IMG/VR virus record: IMGVR_UViG_3300049595_003752
Span: 1-12,162 of that record
DNA length: 12,162 nt
Source: a virus
Lineage: Duplodnaviria > Heunggongvirae > Uroviricota > Caudoviricetes
Strand: one strand, 5' to 3'
The notes under the pieces are model-generated. The model was not told the origin of the DNA and did no database searches. It saw only the letters and a program-made list of their open reading frames with translations. Position 1 is the first letter of the stretch; every line of letters starts with the position of its first letter. This document shows, piece by piece, positions 1-6,036 of the stretch. The position numbers and the translations under genes were made by a program.

Positions 1-5
1 TAGCC

Positions 6-13
6 TATTTATA
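6..13 (+). promoter_or_regulatory. TATTTATA motif upstream of ORF 30..770 (variant of the recurrent ATATTTAT putative late-promoter motif)
   Basis: TATTTATA at 6-13, 16 nt before ATG 30. The same core precedes ORFs starting at 3959(-), 6007(-), 8168(+) and 9599(+). Confidence 0.4.
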
Positions 14-29
14 ATAGAAAGAATATAAT

Positions 30-770
30 ATGGAATGGTTAAAAAAAGGTGCAGTCACATTTTCTCTAGCGGTAGGTAAGTTAGAAAAAGATTTATTTGC
101 ACAAAATGGAAGTGAGGATATTTTAGCCCAAAATGTTGGTATTGTAAATCCTTATATAGCAAATCAATTGATGAACGATTTAAAACAAGGTCGTTTAACA
201 CAACAAGTAAAAGAGTTTAGAAAAAAACATTATCAGATTCTTAAAGAGTCGGCTAAGTACAAATTTAAAGACGGACAGTTAATGTCTGAACAAGAAGTTA
301 GACAATCTAGAGTATCACAAGGTGACCCACACGATTCTTATCAGGTAGAAGTTGTTTTTGATAATAAATCATTAGGTAAAAGTTTATTTGAAGAAGGTGA
401 AGTTAGACCTATGAAAATCCAAAGGGGTGTTGTACCTAGACACAAAATTGAAAACTATACTTCCACTGTACACATTAGGGATATTGACGGTAAAAACAAA
501 TTAATTGATTTTTATATACCAAATAAACCTGGTAACGAATCTATCATTAGGGAAATTGAAATGATAAGAATGAACCCAAAAGTTACCGACTTGGTAAATT
601 TTACAAAAATGACATTTACGACTCAAGATGCTGAGATGTTAGTTTTTGAATATAAAATGTTGGCCTTTGACAAGTGTGTTGAATATAACGGTAACCATAT
701 AGTTAAAATGTTCGCTGAGTGTACATCTGATGGTAGATGGGCGGCCGAATGGACTCAAATAATTGATTAA
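30..770 (+). CDS. Hypothetical phage protein (246 aa)
   Basis: Long ORF in AT-rich sequence with an ATG start preceded by an A-rich leader. No family motif recognised. Confidence 0.85.
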   Translation: MEWLKKGAVTFSLAVGKLEKDLFAQNGSEDILAQNVGIVNPYIANQLMNDLKQGRLTQQVKEFRKKHYQILKESAKYKFKDGQLMSEQEVRQSRVSQGDPHDSYQVEVVFDNKSLGKSLFEEGEVRPMKIQRGVVPRHKIENYTSTVHIRDIDGKNKLIDFYIPNKPGNESIIREIEMIRMNPKVTDLVNFTKMTFTTQDAEMLVFEYKMLAFDKCVEYNGNHIVKMFAECTSDGRWAAEWTQIID

Positions 771-796
771 AAAAAGAAGGTTAATTAACGTTTTTG

Positions 797-1318
797 ATGA
801 ACAAAAATAAGGTTTCTCATAGAATAAATGAGGGAATTAGAAGTCCACAGATTAGAATCATAGGTGAAGGTATTGAATCAAAAGTATGTTCGGTACAAGA
901 AGCAATGAAAATTGCTGAACCATTAGATGTTGATGTGGTTGAAATCAACTCAAAGGTTAGTCCACCTGTCTGTAAATTAATTCGTTATGACAAATTTCTT
1001 TACGAAGAAAAAAGAAAAGCTAAAGAAATTGAAAAGAAAAACCGTGAACAACGTGTCGATATTAAAGAAATAGGTTTAGGACCAAATACTGACACACACG
1101 ACATTGAATTTAAAGTTAAACACGCAGTTAACTTTTTAAAAGAAGGTAATAAGGTAAAACTTGTTATGAAATTTAGTGGACGTGAGATGGTTTATAAAGA
1201 AAGAGGTGAAAAATTAATGTTGGAGTTTGTTCAAAAATTAGAAGATTATGGGGTGGCAGAAAGTCTACCCAAAATGGAAGGTAAAAGAATGTTCGTTACT
1301 TTAAAACAAAAAAAATGA
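797..1318 (+). CDS. infC: Translation initiation factor IF-3 (phage-encoded)
   Basis: Both IF3 domains are recognisable: N-terminal 'HRINEGIR..QIRII...DVVEI...PPVCKLIRYDKFLYE' and C-terminal 'KEIGLGPNTDTHDIEFKVKHAVNFLKEGNKVK..MKFSGREM..KERG...MEGKRM'. Start is ATG 797 or TTG 794; there is an in-frame TAA at 782-784. The usual thrS/rpmI/rplT neighbours are absent. Confidence 0.97.
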   Translation: MNKNKVSHRINEGIRSPQIRIIGEGIESKVCSVQEAMKIAEPLDVDVVEINSKVSPPVCKLIRYDKFLYEEKRKAKEIEKKNREQRVDIKEIGLGPNTDTHDIEFKVKHAVNFLKEGNKVKLVMKFSGREMVYKERGEKLMLEFVQKLEDYGVAESLPKMEGKRMFVTLKQKK

Positions 1319-1749
1319 AAAAATTATTAATTATTTTATTATTGGTATTAACTTATTCAAGTTATTCTCAAGTTGATTCTACAAGCAGATATTTGTTGTG
1401 TTCAAATGTTACAAAAACAATTAAATATACTTTTAACACACCTAGGGTGTATAAACCAATAACTTATATTAATTTAAATCTTAATATAAGTAAGGATAAA
1501 TTTAACCCTGAAGATAGAAAAAAGGCTTTTGCTGTTTTATTTTTAGCTGGTTTAGCTTTTACAACAGCTTCGGCTTTAGAAAATGATGGGGCTTACGGTA
1601 CTTACCAATCTTCACCAAACAAAACTAGTAACTACAATAGTACATATACTACAAAACCTTTTTGGCAACAAACACCAAGACAGATAATGATGTGTTTAGG
1701 TATTGGTTTTACAATAGTCGGTGGTGTAGGAATGGCATCTTCCAAATAA
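1315..1749 (+). CDS. Putative exported/membrane protein (144 aa)
   Basis: N-terminal signal peptide-like MKKLLIILLLVLTYSSYSQ, plus two hydrophobic segments (AFAVLFLAGLAFTTASAL; IMMCLGIGFTIVGGVGMA). ATGA overlap with the infC stop. Confidence 0.8.
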   Translation: MKKLLIILLLVLTYSSYSQVDSTSRYLLCSNVTKTIKYTFNTPRVYKPITYINLNLNISKDKFNPEDRKKAFAVLFLAGLAFTTASALENDGAYGTYQSSPNKTSNYNSTYTTKPFWQQTPRQIMMCLGIGFTIVGGVGMASSK

Positions 1750-1750
1750 C

Positions 1751-1781
1751 AAAAAAGGGACCTATTTGGTCCCTTTGTTTT
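1751..1781. terminator. Bidirectional intrinsic terminator between convergent genes
   Basis: Perfect stem AAAGGGACC (1754-1762) / GGTCCCTTT (1768-1776) with loop TATTT, an A-run on the left and a T-rich run on the right. It lies between the stops at 1749(+) and 1780(-). Confidence 0.85.
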
Positions 1782-2151
1782 AAAATAAACTTTCTAATTC
1801 TTCTGCTGATTTATCTAACTCGTCCTTGATACTTGTGTATTCTTTGTGAAGTTCAATGTAACCAATTAAGATATCTTCTAAGTTATTGAATTTGTTTACC
1901 GTTTCAACATTTTGTATTTTACTTAGATTTTTGGTTAAATCAAATATTTTTTCATCATAAATTTCGTTTAAGGTATCAATATCATCCTTATCAAAAGCTT
2001 CTTTAATTTCTTCAATTAATTCTTGATATTTGTTTTCCATCAATTCTGTTAACGAATCTTTTGGGAAATCTAATTCTAATTGTTCTTCGGTTAGAAAGTT
2101 TTTAACAAACTGTTCCAAATCTGATTCTTTGATTATTAATTTTTTCTTCAT
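1780..2151 (-). CDS. Acidic helical/coiled-coil hypothetical protein (123 aa) with putative virion-targeting N-terminal leader
   Basis: ORF ends at the terminator. Very E/K/L-rich. N-terminus MKKKLIIKESDLEQFVKNFLTEE resembles the leaders of other ORFs in the window. Confidence 0.8.
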   Translation of the reverse strand: MKKKLIIKESDLEQFVKNFLTEEQLELDFPKDSLTELMENKYQELIEEIKEAFDKDDIDTLNEIYDEKIFDLTKNLSKIQNVETVNKFNNLEDILIGYIELHKEYTSIKDELDKSAEELESLF

Positions 2152-2326
2152 TTTTAAATTTTATTTCTTTTGAGTTAAGAGTTTCCTCTATGTTACCTAT
2201 TGAATAGTTGACCCACTCATCTTCATACCTTATTCTAACCATTAATTGTTTTAATTCACTTATTGTGATTGATTCAATTACACCCTCACCATTTGGAGTT
2301 ATAACAGGTATTTCTTTGTGTGTCAT
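2102..2326 (-). CDS. Small hypothetical protein (74 aa)
   Basis: Co-oriented with its neighbours and fills the gap between them. Beta-strand-like pattern VITPNGEGVIESI. Overlaps the downstream ORF by 50 nt. Confidence 0.65.
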   Translation of the reverse strand: MTHKEIPVITPNGEGVIESITISELKQLMVRIRYEDEWVNYSIGNIEETLNSKEIKFKNEEKINNQRIRFGTVC

Positions 2327-2340
2327 CTCATATAACGTTT

Positions 2341-2514
2341 TTATTTTTTGTGATAAGTTTCCATTAGTGACCTCATTTCTTCATTCGTAGATTTTAAAGC
2401 CATTTTTAGATACTTTATTTTTTCTTCATCATTTGAATTATTTATCTCATCTCGTAATGATTTTATTTTACCCATCAGACTTTCTAGTCTTAGATAATAC
2501 GTTTCCTTATCCAT
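2341..2514 (-). CDS. Small helical hypothetical protein (57 aa), not in the supplied ORF track
   Basis: Manual translation gives MDKETYYLRLESLMGKIKSLRDEINNSNDEEKIKYLKMALKSTNEEMRSLMETYHKK*. ATG at 2514 overlaps the end of the 489-aa ORF (alternative ATG at 2475). It fills the 2327-2489 gap on the same strand as its neighbours. Confidence 0.65.
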   Translation of the reverse strand: MDKETYYLRLESLMGKIKSLRDEINNSNDEEKIKYLKMALKSTNEEMRSLMETYHKK

Positions 2515-3959
2515 CTTGATTCAGTTGTAGGTTGTTGAGTAGATACTCTATCATCAACAATTTTCATAATACCTGTAACTCTTTTTTTATAATTACTGTA
2601 AGTTCTAGCAATCCTTTTACCGTTACTTAATTGAATACTTTTCTCAGCAACTCTGGTTACTTTAACTTGTTCACCTGAACCATAACGTCTTGTACCTGTA
2701 TAAATAATAGTATCACCAACTTGTAAATTATAAGTTGATACATTCTCTGTTCTACTAATTTTAGCCTCGTTAAACATTTTAACATAAGAATCAAGAAAAT
2801 CTTGTAATTCTTCTTGACTTAACTTAGGTAGTAAACCCCTAATTTCACTATTAATAGAACCATATCTTTCACTTAATCTTGTCATTACGGCCGATAAAGG
2901 TATTGTGTTGTTGGGTCTTCTTTCGTTAACTGCTGCATTCCAATTAACATAATTTGTATCAATGTCAGGTAATCTACCTGGTCTGAGAATCAATGTAACA
3001 TAAGGTAAACCTTGTTCTTTATAACTCATGATATCATTTGCAACACCATCATCAAGTTTAACTAAAAATTGAGTGGCTTCCTCAATAGAAGAACGGTCCC
3101 AATTTTGTAATTTTAAAAACAAAAATATTTTATTATTTTCTGCATATGTAATTAAAGAGTTTTTCTTTAACTCTTCCATGCTAACCTCATTCTTTTTGTA
3201 TAACTCACCCATGAATTCATTAAAATACTTAGAAGTTACTTCAATTAAATTTTTAGGTATTAAATTCATCATTAAAGCCGCATCAACCCTATTGTCTTCC
3301 ATTGTATACCAATCCCAATCTATTGGATCTGGTTGGTCGTACTTGATATTAACAGCGATTTTATATATATTAGCATTAGGTTTTTTTGGGTTGGTGCCTT
3401 TTTTATCTAAAAAGAATACTAAGATACCTTCTTTAGTATAACGTTTATAATAATCTGGGTTAGTTGTAGAAACACACCAATTAGAATGAGCCCCATACGA
3501 ACAAGATGCGTCATGTGTTAACGGAGAAACCACTAACCATTTATCATCTTCATAAATTTTAACTCTTGATGCATTTTTAGGTTTTTGTTCTTCAAAATAC
3601 TTACACATAACCTCAATATCATCAGGGGTTGGGTAAGAATTGATGTCTTTTGGAGCTTTTTTAATTTTAGTGTTTGATTCGGTGTCTGAAGTGTAGATAG
3701 CGTTCACATTTTTTTCACTCAGACGATTAACGTTCTCATGAAAACACTTGACGATACTAATAATGTATTCAGATGTATAATCTTTTCTTTGAGCACACAT
3801 CCAATCAAGATATTTGTTATTACCTGATGGGTCTCCTGCTGATAATTGACGAACCATATCCTCAGATACAGAACCTTCATATTTTTTAATCATATCCTCC
3901 AGACGACCTTCAGTAATGATTTGTTCTAATATATTATATTTAATGTTTTTCATACTCAT
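2490..3959 (-). CDS. Multidomain phage protein (489 aa): 'YG-x4-WC' domain (possibly PcfJ-related) plus a C-terminal SH3/KOW-like segment
   Basis: Contains DPSGNNKY...KDINSY...WLVVSPLTHDASCSYGAHSNWCVS, shared with ORF 6964..7920. The C-terminal LQVGDTIIYTG...VKVTRVAEKSIQLSNG looks like a small beta-barrel. The PcfJ relationship is recollection/inference. Confidence 0.85.
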   Translation of the reverse strand: MSMKNIKYNILEQIITEGRLEDMIKKYEGSVSEDMVRQLSAGDPSGNNKYLDWMCAQRKDYTSEYIISIVKCFHENVNRLSEKNVNAIYTSDTESNTKIKKAPKDINSYPTPDDIEVMCKYFEEQKPKNASRVKIYEDDKWLVVSPLTHDASCSYGAHSNWCVSTTNPDYYKRYTKEGILVFFLDKKGTNPKKPNANIYKIAVNIKYDQPDPIDWDWYTMEDNRVDAALMMNLIPKNLIEVTSKYFNEFMGELYKKNEVSMEELKKNSLITYAENNKIFLFLKLQNWDRSSIEEATQFLVKLDDGVANDIMSYKEQGLPYVTLILRPGRLPDIDTNYVNWNAAVNERRPNNTIPLSAVMTRLSERYGSINSEIRGLLPKLSQEELQDFLDSYVKMFNEAKISRTENVSTYNLQVGDTIIYTGTRRYGSGEQVKVTRVAEKSIQLSNGKRIARTYSNYKKRVTGIMKIVDDRVSTQQPTTESRWIRKRII

Positions 3960-3983
3960 AATTTTATATAATTATTCTAATAA

Positions 3984-3991
3984 ATAAATAT
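3984..3991 (-). promoter_or_regulatory. ATATTTAT motif (putative phage late promoter)
   Basis: ATAAATAT on the + strand at 3984-3991, i.e. ATATTTAT on the - strand, 24 nt upstream of ATG 3959. Confidence 0.5.
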
Positions 3992-4012
3992 TCGTTTTTT
4001 ACGAATAAGCCA

Positions 4013-4041
4013 TTGACACTACGATAAAAAAGACATAATAT
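4013..4041 (+). promoter_or_regulatory. Sigma70-like promoter driving the non-coding unit
   Basis: TTGACA (4013-4018), a 17-nt spacer, then TAATAT (4036-4041). It points into the structured RNA/tRNA-like region. Confidence 0.55.
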
Positions 4042-4081
4042 TAACTTGTAATCGAAACGGTGAAACCACACAAAAGTTAAG

Positions 4082-4190
4082 ATGGTAAGGTTGATGGAAG
4101 GATTTTAATAATCACTGAAACAATCAAATGACCATAAATATAGAGAAAGGGTTTCCTCAATTACAGGAAAGTGGCCCTACAGACCACTAC
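4082..4190 (+). ncRNA. Candidate structured RNA leader upstream of the tRNA-like elements
   Basis: Nested stems ATGGT/ACCAT (4082-86/4131-35), TTGAT/ATCAA (4091-95/4123-27) and GATT/AATC (4101-04/4110-13), plus hairpin TTTCCT/AGGAAA (4152-57/4165-70). No ORF here. Confidence 0.3.
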
Positions 4191-4193
4191 TAC

Positions 4194-4268
4194 GCGGAGG
4201 TAGTTTAAATATTAGAACACAGTACATTCCTGTACTGGGGTGACAGTGAAAATCTGATTCCCTCCGCT
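4194..4268 (+). tRNA. Non-canonical tRNA-like element 1 (Gly-like; 8-nt anticodon loop CAUUCCUG)
   Basis: Acceptor GCGGAGG/CCTCCGC with discriminator T4268. D arm GTTT-AAATATTA-GAAC. Anticodon stem CAGTA/TACTG around CATTCCTG. T arm GACAG-TGAAAAT-CTG(AT)TC with a 2-nt bulge. No encoded CCA. Confidence 0.75.
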
Positions 4269-4281
4269 CTAAACAAAATAC

Positions 4282-4354
4282 GTGGGGTTAGCATAAGTTA
4301 ATGTGTTTAACATTCCTGTTAAAAGATGTGGTGTCGAACCCTCATCCCACTCCA
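4282..4354 (+). tRNA. Non-canonical tRNA-like element 2 (Gly-like; 8-nt anticodon loop CAUUCCUG; encoded CCA)
   Basis: Acceptor GTGGGGT/ATCCCAC, discriminator T4351 and CCA 4352-4354. D arm GCAT-AAGTTA-ATGT. Anticodon stem TTTAA/TTAAA around CATTCCTG. Imperfect T arm containing GTCGAAC. Confidence 0.75.
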
Positions 4355-4356
4355 AT

Positions 4357-4495
4357 GGTGTTAGACACCCACCAACGTGACTATCAGGCCGATGGTCACC
4401 ATAACAAAAATCCTCTGTCACCGAGTAGTGTTGACCGTTGACTTACGTACAGTCCTTTTTTACGGGTTTTTTACGATTAAAAAAATTCATCGGCC
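4357..4495 (+). ncRNA. Candidate structured RNA downstream of the tRNA-like pair
   Basis: Hairpins GGTGT-TAG-ACACC (4357-69), GTGACTATC-AGGCC-GATGGTCAC (4377-99) and GACT-TACGTAC-AGTC (4440-54). Long-range helix GGCCGATG (4387-94) / CATCGGCC (4488-95). GC content appears higher than in the flanks. Confidence 0.4.
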
Positions 4496-4509
4496 AACAG
4501 CTGTTAGAG

Positions 4510-4556
4510 ACCTGACCTTTAGTTTGATTTATCACTCTCTTGGTCAGGTTTTTTTT
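4510..4556 (+). terminator. Intrinsic terminator ending the non-coding unit
   Basis: Stem ACCTGACC (4510-17) / GGTCAGGT (4542-49) with a long, partly paired loop, followed by a T-run to 4556. Confidence 0.65.
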
Positions 4557-4591
4557 AAAATTCAAAAGGATTTTGGAGAAAATGGGTAAGA

Positions 4592-6007
4592 CTAAAAAAA
4601 TCTAAATGAAGACTCTTCTGCCCAGTATTTACCATTATTTTCTGTTTGAGAAAAATTATAAAGTTCTTGTTCCGATAATTCAGGACCTATATTCCATCTA
4701 CCATTTTGACGTACATTGATTGTACGTTTAATCCATTTTGTAATTTCGATGTAAGAAGTTTTTTTACCAAAATATTCTAAAGTTTCAGGATAATAATCAT
4801 TATCTTCTAAAAAATAGGCAATTTTATTGAATCTTTTATCCCCAACTTCAACAGATGGATTAAACATTATATATCTAACATCTTCCAATCTAACAGGTTT
4901 TCTTGGGTTATCTCTTATTAATTGAAGGTGAAAAGGTTCTGTTACCAAATTTTCAGCCCAACCAAAATCGTCTTCAGACTCAGTTAAGTGATTATAATAA
5001 CCATTGTTACCCATTGGACGCCAATATCTTTCATCAACCAAATTTAAAGCATCATCATATTTTACATAATTGTAATAACCATCACCGTCATCATAATGAC
5101 AACGTGGGTTTGTTGGGTTGTAGTCCTTGGGGTTGTATGATATACCTTTACGGTCACAGTTTTTATACTCTATCATCAAACCACCATTCTCTTCATAGAT
5201 ATCGGTAACAAAAAGTAGATAACGAACATCTTCTGGTTTATGATTCATTGGATTTTGATCCCCACCAAAATTTGAATCCACAATATAAAAAACATCACCA
5301 AGTTTAATTGGTTGTTCTTTAACAATATCGGTTGCCCAACCAAATTCATCTTCAGACTCATTCATCTGTGGATTACAAAAATCTTTTTCAACAAAATCTT
5401 GTTTTCTAAAATAAACTTTAGGGTAATGATCATTAAATTTAACTATATAACAATCAATATTATTGAATACTTTTTCATCAATAATTTCGTAACAATCACT
5501 CCAACCACCTACTTTGGAAGTAAACATACCCTCATCTTGTTGGTGATAATAATTTTCAATATAAAATGGTTTACCATCTACACGGACTTTTAACCCAATT
5601 TCATTTTGGGTAGGTAGCCAATCAAATTCTTCTTCTGATTCTGTTAAACTATCAAAGAAGTTTATATTCTTTTGTAACAAACTCCAATAACCCATTTTTA
5701 CCAACTCACCAATCCAACCAGTATCAACATAATGACCTTCACCATCATGGTTTTCTTCTCCAACGTCTTCATATGCCCAAGTCTTACCGTTATTTAAAGA
5801 TACTTTATATTTTAATGAATAACCTTCTGATTCATATTGTTTAGTACCCCACATTGTTTGGACAGATTTAATACCAGGTTTACCATCCTGAATAATATTG
5901 GTAACCATAATCAAATTATTTGTTTCGGTAATAAAAAAAATGTCACCAACCTCAATTTTTTGGGGTTCAACGCTTTCCAATAATATTTTCCTAATAATAC
6001 TTCTCAC
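4592..6007 (-). CDS. Modular putative virion protein/polyprotein (471 aa) with repeated ESE(D/E)(D/E)F(G/D)W linkers
   Basis: GTG start with N-terminus MRSIIRKILLES. Three internal linkers (LTESEEEFDW, MNESEDEFGW, LTESEDDFGW) divide it into four modules. Modules 1 and 3 resemble each other (I.(V/L)GD.F.I ... VT.I ... LV...YW). Confidence 0.85.
   Translation of the reverse strand: MRSIIRKILLESVEPQKIEVGDIFFITETNNLIMVTNIIQDGKPGIKSVQTMWGTKQYESEGYSLKYKVSLNNGKTWAYEDVGEENHDGEGHYVDTGWIGELVKMGYWSLLQKNINFFDSLTESEEEFDWLPTQNEIGLKVRVDGKPFYIENYYHQQDEGMFTSKVGGWSDCYEIIDEKVFNNIDCYIVKFNDHYPKVYFRKQDFVEKDFCNPQMNESEDEFGWATDIVKEQPIKLGDVFYIVDSNFGGDQNPMNHKPEDVRYLLFVTDIYEENGGLMIEYKNCDRKGISYNPKDYNPTNPRCHYDDGDGYYNYVKYDDALNLVDERYWRPMGNNGYYNHLTESEDDFGWAENLVTEPFHLQLIRDNPRKPVRLEDVRYIMFNPSVEVGDKRFNKIAYFLEDNDYYPETLEYFGKKTSYIEITKWIKRTINVRQNGRWNIGPELSEQELYNFSQTENNGKYWAEESSFRFF
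4958..5647 (-). repeat. Three dispersed ~30-bp coding repeats (4958-4987, 5336-5365, 5618-5647)
   Basis: + strand copies agcccaaccaaaatcgtcttcagactcagt and tgcccaaccaaattcatcttcagactcatt are nearly identical. The third copy (ccaatcaaattcttcttctgattctgttaa) is more diverged. Confidence 0.85.
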
Positions 6008-6012
6008 TTTTA

Positions 6013-6020
6013 ATAAATAT
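6013..6020 (-). promoter_or_regulatory. ATATTTAT motif (putative phage late promoter)
   Basis: ATAAATAT on the + strand, 5 nt upstream of the GTG start at 6007. Confidence 0.55.
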
Positions 6021-6024
6021 TCAT

Positions 6025-6032
6025 TATATTTG
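6025..6032 (+). promoter_or_regulatory. Bacteroidota-type -7 promoter element (TAnnTTTG)
   Basis: TATATTTG at 6025-6032, 4 nt before the GTG start at 6037. No clear -33 TTTG element seen. Confidence 0.4.
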
Positions 6033-6036
6033 TATT

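Noticed and set aside
2208-2390. 60-aa + strand ORF
   Set aside because: Antisense shadow of minus-strand genes 2102..2326 and 2341..2514, with no recognisable features.
3073-3441. 122-aa + strand ORF
   Set aside because: Lies wholly antisense within the 489-aa gene. Its hydrophobic F/I/L/S composition is typical of reverse-frame AT-rich shadows.
4387-4499. Possible third tRNA (GGCCGAT/ATCGGCC acceptor-like helix followed by AACA, with TACGATT resembling a T-loop)
   Set aside because: The interior is too long, there are no proper D or anticodon arms, and the T-like stem is all A-U and not adjacent to the acceptor strand. Kept only as a generic structured RNA.
4377-4589. 70-aa + strand ORF in the intergenic region
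   Set aside because: Runs through strong RNA hairpins and a terminator T-run, has atypical composition and a GTG start without support. The region is better explained as non-coding RNA.
4903-5593. + strand ORFs 4903..5208 (His/Asn-rich) and 5312..5593
   Set aside because: Antisense shadows of the 471-aa gene. The His runs arise from the reverse complement of Asp/Gly/Tyr codons.
4958-5647. CRISPR-like or DGR-like interpretation of the ~30-bp repeats
   Set aside because: Spacing is 280-380 bp, the repeats are in frame within a coding sequence, and no cas or reverse-transcriptase gene is in the window.
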